A DNA stretch of 64,000 bases from NCBI RefSeq assembly GCF_000150275.1, contig NW_002060944.1, positions 623,614-687,613 of the forward strand, written 5' to 3'. The notes below the pieces were generated by a model. The model did no database searches. It was given only the letters and a program-made list of their open reading frames with translations, and was not told the DNA's origin. How positions within the stretch are numbered: position 1 is the first letter of the stretch; each line of letters begins with the position of its first letter. The translations under genes and the position numbers were made by a program. Origin of the DNA: Trichoplax adhaerens. Taxonomy: Eukaryota > Animalia > Placozoa. Below are positions 54,601 to 64,000 of this stretch, piece by piece.

Positions 54601-57600
54601 TAAACGAATAAGTCGTTTAGATTTTAGCAGTGATAGCATAGAAGAGAGAGAAAGAACTTACAGTATCGACTTTAGTCACGATGTTTATACTCTTAATCCT
54701 GCTATCGATGGAGGTAATTTGAAATTTTTCATTTCAGACTTTATTTCAGAAGAATATAGCAACTGATATCATCATTGCTTCTATAATAACAAGTTTTCCC
54801 TAAACGAAATAGTAATCGCTTCAATTGCTAACATTCTAATTTCTAGTTTTAAGCAGAACTCTTTCTTTCTATTAATTTATAGCAAAATCCACAGTTGAGA
54901 AAGGAAAGTCGGATAGTAAAGATTTTGAAAAGGTATGGTGTCATAAACGCATATTTTCGATAGATTGTCATAACGAATTCAGGAAGATTCAGTGCCTATA
55001 ATTTCTTTCGATAAATTTACTCTAAACTTCAGCCAAGTTTTGCTCACGTAAATATATTAATCTTACAAGAGATGCTAATGTCTAATGTCATCGATTTATG
55101 CAGCAATTTGATATATCTCATTCTTGCTCCTATAAGAATACCAATATTGTGAGGGGAGCTACGTCGAATATTAGGCGATATAATTTGCTGTCATTACATA
55201 TTAAGGCCAAATTCAAGGATGCTTTACGCTTTTGAAAATGTCATTTTCATGGGCATAGCAATTACTTTAACGATACGACGTGATGCTGATTCGTCATTTT
55301 GTCAATATTATTAATACCAATCCTATAGACAATCATTAAAACTTTTCTAACAATAATTCTCTTGAATGGAATCGCGTGCATGAGAAAACAATTGTGCCTT
55401 CTTAAATGTTACCGTCCATAATGTAAATATCTTGCATTCTTATATTAAAGCCTTCCGTTTTATATCATAACAGCCTAGTAGTCTAAAACTCTGGTTGCAT
55501 ACTATCGATCAAGAAGAATACTCTAATTTATTCATTCAAGCTGGAGTCGATATGAAGATTTTGCCATACCTATCTATGCAGGTAATAGACGAGTTTTAAT
55601 CCTATGGAAGGCATTGATAGCGGATTGTACAAACATTGGAGTGTCTTGATTATTAATTAGTAATGTAAAGATTTATTGTCAGAACAACTTTCTACATTTT
55701 ATGCCTGTAGTCTATTAATCCCGGAAAAGATATAGATAGTAACAATTGATTGCAATGCTTTATATTTTTTAGGAATATAATGCAATAGGCATCACGGATT
55801 CTTCAGATCAAAGAGTTATCCTTAACGAGGCTATTTCTCTTCCTCATTTTCCGATTTTGATTGCTCGTAGTCCGGTTAGTGGCAGACCACGTGAATCCTG
55901 TCATTCTTATTGCTAGTAGTTTAATTTGCGGTAATATAAAATACAAGACTTTAGCAATAATTTTATCTGTATTAAATAAATGCAGTAGTAGCAGAAATAT
56001 ATTATTTCTTATAGTTATTTGGGATTGATTAGTTAATTATTTGATGTTTCACTTGAGAAAGCAGTGACCTTGCTGCTAAAACTTTCCTAAACAATATGTA
56101 GATATATCAAGAACTATTTATCAATGACTTCCGTTTCTTACATACTAATACTTACAGTATTAACAAAGCCTAGACGAAATATGATACTGGCAAATGAACA
56201 AATCATGATATTATACATTATCATTACATTTTTTACAAGCTAAAACCGGTATCTTAATCAATTTATGATAGCAACAATCTTAAGATATCTTTGTTAAATT
56301 ACCTTTCAGTATAACGTAAAGCATTGGTTGCAGCTTCTGCAATTATCAGAATATTTATCCAATTTTTCGGACAACGAATATGAGAGTATATCATCCGTAA
56401 TCGATATAACACAAGAAGATTTAAATGAAATAGGAATCCATAAATTAGGTGATTAAATGAGATTCTAAAACGATTCTGCTTTTCTTTTACATACATTTTG
56501 CAATTATTATTAACTTCATTGTACATATTTTTCGCCTTTCATTCATATTAGGTCATGTTAAAAAAATTTTACTTAGTCTTGAATGTATAAGGGCAAAATT
56601 CAACAGAAATTCCTTTCATCGATTTTCAAGTGAAACTAATTTAGCAACATATAGTGTAACCTCGCGTAGCCCATCACCGGCGGTAAGTTAGGCATGGATA
56701 AATACAACGTATCAGAATCGATTAGAATCTGAAGTATTTGCAATATGAGTATTGAAGGAACTATTTTCGAGTTATTAATACTTGGCCAGATTTTGAACAA
56801 GCATAGTTGTGGCATTATTATATTTTAAATTACAACTTTTTTCGATTTAAGAATTCTTTCCTCCATTCGAATATACTGTGGTTAATTTCCTTTTTAGTCG
56901 AGCATGCATTAAAGTGTTTAGGAGCTGCGTTGTATAATATTTTTTAGACGAGAGTTTACTATTCATCATAAGAATATGAATAGCACTAAGGAGTATCTAA
57001 TGCTAAAATATAACTTGTAATTATAAAATATGAATTCAATGTGGTACTTATACATCAATCTTTCTTGTATCAATTGTTTGTTAAAGTAGTTAACTTACAT
57101 TAATGCTTACCTGGACTGCATTTTAATTTCATATATGTGTTATTGTAGGAAACATCAGTTCCAATAGACGATTCTGATATCAAGTGCATGACAAATTCCA
57201 ATAATCATTTAGCTTTATCAGATGGAGGGAATATTTATTCATTCTGGAGACTAAGTAACTATGGCAGTAATAGCAGCTTGCGTAAAGAAAGTCCATCCAG
57301 TAATTATCCGGCAAATGATGAAAGAAATGGTATTGACTCGATGTCTTCGTCAAATGAAGAAAACGATATGAACTATTATTCATTTTTATCACCTAATCTT
57401 AAGAGTTATTGCCCCAAAAATGCCAAAGATGATGATACTGCAAACGCCAATATCTTTAATTATGATTATGATGCTGGTAATTATAAACAAGTAGAAGGAG
57501 TCGATAATCCTATACAAGATCTATGGGATTCTGTGACAGGGATGCAAGATTCATTGTAAGAATGCGGAAAATTAAATTTTATCAGTTAGTCTAAAGTTGA

Positions 57601-58024
57601 TATATTTCGAATACACGTATGGGTGGTGCAAAAAGGATTATCTGCTTATTTAAAACCAAGATGCTATTTAGATCATATAATAAATAACTATTACTAAATG
57701 TTATTGTAATTTTTTTTCCTGTTTCAATACTTACCTTGTAGGCTATTTACCAAAATTGAACCTTCCCACTACTGTACAGAGATGGATGATATTTCTAATG
57801 GATTTGATAAAATGGCAGAATCACTTCAATCGCCGCCTTCGGATAGAGAAACGAATGATTCTCTATCTAGCACTTTCAATTATTGCGATGATGGCAGTAT
57901 GCGTAGCCTAGCAGATAGATTGACATTTTTATCACGTCTTGATTTAATCTATTTAGATGCTTTAGCAAACATGTTTTTCTCTACAGCGAAAGAATTCGAA
58001 GTCATGTTAACTAAGCTTGATTAA
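45608..58024 (+). CDS. CASKIN: Caskin-like scaffold (N-terminal ankyrin repeats, tandem SAM domains, Caskin C-terminal motif)
   Basis: Start MGKNNDFINAIK. Ankyrin exons 50361-52339 (FNIDFQD, SPLHLACWKD, TALDLACQYG, AGFDINRKAANGTALHEA, TALDIANKFNSSVLVDEIRLLIE) track the Caskin N-terminus. SAM1 at 55474-55874, SAM2 from 56310 (ITQEDLNEIGIHKLGHVKKILL). C-terminal DALANMFFSTAKEFEVML resembles Caskin DDIGSMFDDLADQLDAML. No PTB domain. Confidence 0.85.
46091..46428. repeat. Degenerate direct repeat (~110 bp, period ~226) in Caskin intron 1
   Basis: ctttcatttgta...ttttcaa...tata(g/a)aatga occurs in both copies. Confidence 0.6.
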
Positions 58025-58441
58025 TATGCTTCTGTTTCAATACGAAAGTAAAGTCGCATTTTGCTACAGGTTTGGTTGAATATTGTTGAAGTGTAGAACT
58101 CTCGTTTATATAAAACTTTTGCATCATTTGGCATTTATATTATCAAAATATTATTATTAATGCGTGCTGATGATCTGTTAATGTACAGCCTAATCATTTT
58201 CCAAAGTTGACTTACCCGGTAATATTTACTATTATATCGGCGCATCTTCGTTGGTATCTAGCGTAATGTTATCCACATACTCAGTATGCCATACCGTAGT
58301 TATCATCTACTGTGCGCTGTTGTATTATTTAAGTTCAAGCTAAAGTCGTGACAATTATGATAATGATGATCATCTCAGAAGTGAAATCAATTTTTATTTC
58401 TCAAACAGTTCTATCAATTTATAAATTTATTTCGACTAGCT

Positions 58442-58945
58442 ATTACAGTAATGCATATGATTTTATAAAATCGTCATTGTCTTCCCCCTGTAAAATCTTG
58501 AGTACATTCCAATAAATTGTATTAACGAGAGCAAGTTGCCAGTAGGCTTTTTCCGCTTTTGTCGATTTAATGGGTATATTTTATACACTATTCTGCATAA
58601 CTTTGAATAATCAATCTGACAGTGCCTTAGCACGTACAATAAATTAACTTTTGATGTTTAAACTTGACATCTATACTCGTCCAGTGGGATCTGCCATGTT
58701 CAAGCTGTTGGAGTTACCTGCTGATCATTCTCTAATTCGTGACAGCATTTAATCCTGTCATCTTGGTAATTTACGTGTACTTACATCAGACCAGCCTAGT
58801 AAAATTGTCAAGATTGAATAATTGAACTGATTGGCTTTTACACGGAAAGAAGCTACGTTGATGTTGTCACCTACACCTTTTGCTGCTTTATATCAATATA
58901 CATACAATACAGATAAATTGACTAGAAGAGAATTCGCTATCAGGC
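58442..58945 (-). pseudogene. UTP6: Decayed duplicate of the last three UTP6 exons
   Basis: Collinear with 60343-60822 but carries frameshifts and in-frame stops (e.g. GAT TAA ATG, GAA TGA TCA; TAG immediately after the last acceptor). Confidence 0.85.
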
Positions 58946-59189
58946 TGTAAAAGTATGAACATAATTGATCAACTTGGTTCATTGAGGTATAATTAAACTA
59001 TCAAGGCACGAGTGTACCCATAAGTAAAACGTATTGCGCAAAGTTTAACGTTTATTATGTTTTTGGATTAGCGTACAGTAGTACTGCACTAAACTGGTGA
59101 GATTCAAAAGTTCAATACTTCCATAAAAAGCAATATCTGATTGTTTTCTACTGTACTATTAGTATCTCACATAAGTGATGGTCAAAACT

Positions 59190-59512
59190 CGAATTAGGTC
59201 AATCCTAAGATTGATCCAATAAATGTAGGATTGGCTAAAGGGTTAGTCATGTCAGACCTAGCCTAGGATTGACTAAATGGTTAGTCAAACCTTGGATTGA
59301 TCAAAGTCCTAGTCAAACCTAGGATTGACCAAAGGGCTAGCCAATCCTAAATTTGACCAATCAATCCTAGGATTGATGAAAGGACTAGCCAATCATAGGT
59401 TTGTCTATCCTAAGATTGACTAAAGCGCTTGCCAATCCTAGGTTTGACCAATCAATCTTATGATCGACTAAATGGTTAGCCAATCCTAGCCGCTTGACCA
59501 ATTAATCCTAAG
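59190..59512. repeat. Palindromic minisatellite built on TCAATCCTAGGATTGA (~28-bp unit)
   Basis: More than ten variants of caa(t/a)cctagga/ttga separated by ctaaagggctagc-type linkers. Confidence 0.85.
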
Positions 59513-59907
59513 CATATCCATTCATAGTGGAAAAGCAACCGCTACTGTAATATACTCGTACTATAGTAATTGTACGTCCACGTTGTGCAAATACACTTTT
59601 AGCCTCTCTCCAAAGCCTGATCGTCCGTATCTAGAGCTCTGTAGTTACTGCTAGTGCTCATAACCACTCGCAGTCGAAAGGAATAAGAGCTGGCTATATC
59701 TAGCACTATGATCGAGAAAAAAGTTACTGTATTTGTGTGTAGGAATACCGTAAACTACAAAGTAACTTCAATTTGTAGTAAAAGTCCTAAGCTCCAGGTG
59801 CATAATAAAGATCAAGAAGAATATGCTAATTTGTCTAGTCAAGCTAGAGTCGATCTGAAGATTTTACAATACCTATCCATACAGGTAATATACGGAATTT
59901 TAATCCC

Positions 59908-59985
59908 ATAGATGCTTTAGCTGACATATTTTAGTCTACACCAAAAGAATTCGAAATATTGTAATGTTTACTACGCTGGATTAAT
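59908..59985 (+). pseudogene. Decayed duplicate of the Caskin terminal coding segment
   Basis: tagatgctttagctgacatattttagtctacaccaaaagaattcgaa is homologous to 57954-58024 and reads DALADIF*STPKEFEIL*. Confidence 0.8.
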
Positions 59986-60342
59986 TTGCTTTTATTTCAA
60001 TATGAAAGTATCGTCGAATTTGTTACGCTTTAGCTGAATATTGTTGAACCGTAGAGCATAAAGGTAAAACCTCTAGCACTATCCATCAATGTATAGCATA
60101 ATCATTTTCCGAACTGGATGTTATACATACTATCATGTCTGCGTATATTACGGCATATTCGTCAGTACATTGCGTAATGCCATACACAAACTCAGGAAGC
60201 CATAGCTATCAACTGTACGCTGCTGTGCGATTTTAGTCAAAGTTAAAGTCGTTGTAAGCGTAATGGTGATCTCGGTAGTACTGAAATCAATTTTATTACT
60301 TAAAACGGTTCCATCAATTTATAAATTTGTTTCGACAGGCTG

Positions 60343-63300
60343 TTACAGTAATGCATATGATTTTATAAAATCGTAATTATCCTCCCCTTGCAATGTCTTC
60401 AGTGCTTTCCAGTAAATTGTATTAGCAAGAGCAGGCTGTCCCCAGGCTTTCTCGGCTTTTATATATTTTATCCAATATTCTGCATCGTAAAATAAATAAT
60501 CAATTTGACAATGTCTTATTACCTACAGTGAATTAACTAATGCTATTTTACAAAAATACTCGTATAACTGTATCTGGCATGTTAAAGTTGTTGGAATTAC
60601 CTGCCGATGATTCGCCAATTTGTGATAGAATTAAATCATATAATTTTCGTAATTTGCTTATATCAGGGGGAGCCTAGTTAAATTGTACAGATTGGATAAT
60701 TTAGTTAATTGACTTTTATACGGAAAGAAGCAACATTTATGTTGTTAACCGTACCTGTTGCTGTTCTATATCAACACACATGCAAAGGAATTCAATAGAT
60801 ACGAGAGAATTCGCTATCAGACTGTACAAGCACAAAAATAATGATTAACTCGGTCAATTGAGGCATAATTAAATTATCAAATCATGATTGAAAATTATAA
60901 TTAAGTATCGCGAATTGAATTAGTTTTAGTTATTGGTCAACTTTACTTGGTGTAGACTTTTCGAACTTTTCTGATACTCTTATTTAAGGCCGTCCATTCT
61001 AAATATCTTTCTTGCATCGGCTTAGCGATTTCAGGAGATAGATTTATTGTTTTCTGTAGAAATAATACATAGGCTATCTTAATAATTACAACCAATGATG
61101 TTTTATACCATTTTTAAAGTCAATCACTTCAAGGTAGTAATTTGGTTTAAGTACTACAGGAAAGAACTGAGTGTCGATGTTACTAATACAATATGAAACT
61201 CAAGCAATGTCCAATGCTTAGAATTACGGGACAGTGCCATATCAGATTACAAGAGTGTTTTCATAACGTACAAGGGCTTGTAGTATTACCTCTAAAAAAG
61301 TATTTACAAGCTTGGGCTTGCTTGTTAAATACCATTCTAGTCGCAATTGCCAAATTGGAATCGAAGTCTAGTAGATTAAAGATGAAAACATAAAATACGC
61401 GTATATTGGCTACATAACGCCTTTCCTTTAAATTTTGCTTAGCATACCTTAACTGGTAGACACTTTAAGGCTTTATCAAATCCATTTTCAATATCGTGTT
61501 CTTCATACACTTCTACAGTACATTAAAATAGTTATCATCCACTTACTTATTCTTGTAGTGAAAATAATATTTAAACTTAGATACTTTACATTATAATCAA
61601 CTAGTATTCGATTTGTGATATAAGATACCATTGAACATTTCAATAAATGTGTAATAATCAATAAGAGCAATAACGTTGCTTGATGCGAATGTTAAACATA
61701 CGATACATTGATTTCAACCCGTTTAAATAAATTGACTAAAATACCTTGATAACTTAAAAGTAATGTCAGATAAAATTTCCAAGATTGCAATTCCGAATTA
61801 AAATCACGTATATATTTTTCAAGTACGGCCGGAATATCTTGATCTTTTCTTATTTTCTGCAAGATCTTGATCTAGAATTCCATAATAACAAAAATTAAAA
61901 AATTGCGTTGATACTAGTTGAAAGAGTCCTTGCTGCTTTACTGCGGTAATAGAAATGGTTGATGTGTATCAAAATTTATTGCTATAATCTGACCCATAAG
62001 AAATATTTATTTTCAGATAACTTTTTTCCAGCAGCAGCTTTTTCAAATATTTCTAGTAAAATTTCCAACTAGCAGATGCAAATATACAGTATTAGTTAGA
62101 ATGATGTCTTAAACTTGAATGACAGAGCTGGTAAAGATGCACCACCTTTGATAGACACGTTGGAGAAGTAAGTACGACTTTCTCGTAGTACCATGACAAA
62201 TAGTAGTCCCACATTTGCACTAAATCAAGTAGCAAGAATTTGTAAATTATTCGATACAAGAATAAGTTAAAATACTGTATGTATCTATGATATCACTATA
62301 CCAGTATTAAGTTGTTTTAATCCTTCCTCGTATCGTAACTGTACACGTTCAATCAGATCTTCTATTTCGTTACCTTACAATAATGAATAACTTTCACCGT
62401 TAGTTAAGACTTCGTTATAAAATTTATAATACTGACGCAACATTGCTAAGGCACCGTTGTAGCTAGATGCCTTACCTGGTAGCGCATTTATATCAGGATG
62501 ATCATCATATTCTTTTTCGGCAAAGAAATGCCAACTAGCTTCTTGATCGGGAAAGTCATCTAACAAACTATTATGCGAGACAAGCTGATCAAAATGTACT
62601 TTCATTGTAATTACCTAGGTTGTTATGAATTAGAATTATTCCAATACTACTTACCTATTATAAATTGCGTCTCGATACTGCTTTGTTGATTCAAATAATT
62701 TGTAAATTCCAATAAATGACATTCTAAATTCAATATCATCTAAGCAAGTTATGTAATAATAGGCAAAGAAGAGATTTGTTTAACATCGACTTATTGCAAG
62801 GCATCTATGAGAATAATTCCATTCCAGAGCTACAATTAAATGATTATATCTATTTACGATTTATTCGGCCTTTCAATTACCTGGTATCGCCTTGACAGCA
62901 TTTTGATAGACTACGTCAGCAATTTTGTTAGCAAAAAATTCATCCGACATTTCACCGGAATCCTATTAAAATCGTACCATAGATATTCTTCAGGAATACA
63001 GCGCTTTATTATTAAAATATACAAGTTTCCAATGCGTCTATTGCATTACTAACGTCTTGATTCGGTTCGCTGATATTGAGTACTTGTCGCCTTTTACGCA
63101 TCTAGAATATATAGTTTTTAAATGAAAGAAGAAATTACTTTACTATAAAAATGGTAGTCATCCTAGCAAAGCGATGAGACTTTGAACGCAACATGTTATA
63201 TCACAGTAATTTATCTAGCAGTATAGTTAATCACCTTGTCAACATAAAGCAATTCCAATCGAAAATACTAAAAAACAAGTTAGTAAAAAAGATAATTTTA

Positions 63301-63934
63301 ATCCGCATTCAAGTAAGTTATATAAACTAGAATTGAAATATAATTAAACATTGTAAACAACATACTTCCGGCCATAGTGATTTTGACGTAGAGTTTCTTC
63401 TAATTGCAAGTTGCATGATTCGTCTAGAGGTATCCGTTTTTAAGCGTGAAGAAAGTAAGATTCTAAAAATTTTCGCATTCATAGTATCTACAAGATTACT
63501 TTAACTTCAGTTGTTACCTAGCATTATCAATATCTTTGTTATCTTCAAATTCCCACTTGGCAGCCATAATCCAAAATTCTATGGATATAAACGATAATTT
63601 TCATAAATCGCATACCGATAAGCATTGAACCTATTCATTCAGATGTTCAATTTGTATATATATATTACGATTAAATATGTAATATTCTTACCTGATCTGT
63701 AAGGGTGAGCTTGTAACATTCTAGAGAAGGCTTTGCTTACAACTTTGGTACTACCCTATAAATTTTAATATTATCCGCATGAAAGTACATTAATATCGAT
63801 AGTTGTCAACAAGCCCAATTTCACATTCAAGATAATAAGTTATTATCTCTAGCATAAGTACTATTTACAGGATATTAAATTTTACCATATTTTTGGAAAA
63901 TGCAATATATTCCAGCCAAAGTTTTGAATCACTC
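60343..63934 (-). CDS. UTP6: U3 snoRNA-associated protein 6 homolog (HAT repeats), 5' end outside window
   Basis: Spliced exons give SDSKLWLEYIAFSK, KAFSRMLQAHP, EFWIMAAKWEFEDNKDIDNAR, RYEEGLKQLNT and terminal EYWIKYIKAEKAWGQPALANTIYWKALKTLQGEDNYDFIKSYALL*. These match recalled UTP6 motifs (LWIMAAKWEME, IYWRAMKMLQGE). Confidence 0.92.
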
Positions 63935-64000
63935 TACGATATTATAATAACAGTTTGTTACTTAAGATTTCTCGGTTTGTTAATAACGTCATACTCTTAT

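Noticed and set aside
45608-58024. ANKS1/AIDA-1 identity
   Set aside because: No C-terminal PTB domain; ankyrin C-cap, SAM2 and tail motif match Caskin better.
59190-59512. CRISPR-like appearance of the palindromic arrays (also 3414-3627)
   Set aside because: Eukaryotic context, no unique spacers (linkers are themselves repeats), no cas genes.
60715-60766. Apparent UTP6 exon (TATGTVNNINVASFR) with a mutated GT-to-AT donor
   Set aside because: Wrong frame. The real exon reads LIANSLVSIEFLCMCVDIEQQQ and ends at a normal GT donor near 60754, so UTP6 is intact.

Overview
Eukaryotic, AT-rich, intron-dense DNA with GT-AG introns, mostly 60-600 bp. The compact style suggests an early-branching animal such as a placozoan (Trichoplax-like); that assignment is inference only. 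The first 40 kb hold three tandem minus-strand TRPA1-like channel paralogs with about 17 ankyrin repeats. Two are complete 27-exon genes (14840-24722 and 28630-39739). The third (1162-9679) is intact through the S4-S5 linker, but its pore exons are not in the window. Next come a CpG-rich promoter-like island (~42.1-42.4 kb), a plus-strand Caskin-like gene (45608-58024) and, tail-to-tail with it, the 3' part of a minus-strand UTP6 gene (60343 to beyond the window end). The Caskin/UTP6 junction has been tandemly duplicated and the two copies decayed reciprocally. Helitron termini, a palindromic MITE, a CCTAGG-palindrome array and degenerate satellites are scattered through the window. Most notable: the TRPA paralogs look functionally diversified. 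One has both acidic residues of the conserved S2-S3 Ca2+ site replaced by Gln, one has CTG in place of the ancestral ATG, and none has the canonical electrophile-sensing cysteines. All exon models and alignments were done by hand.
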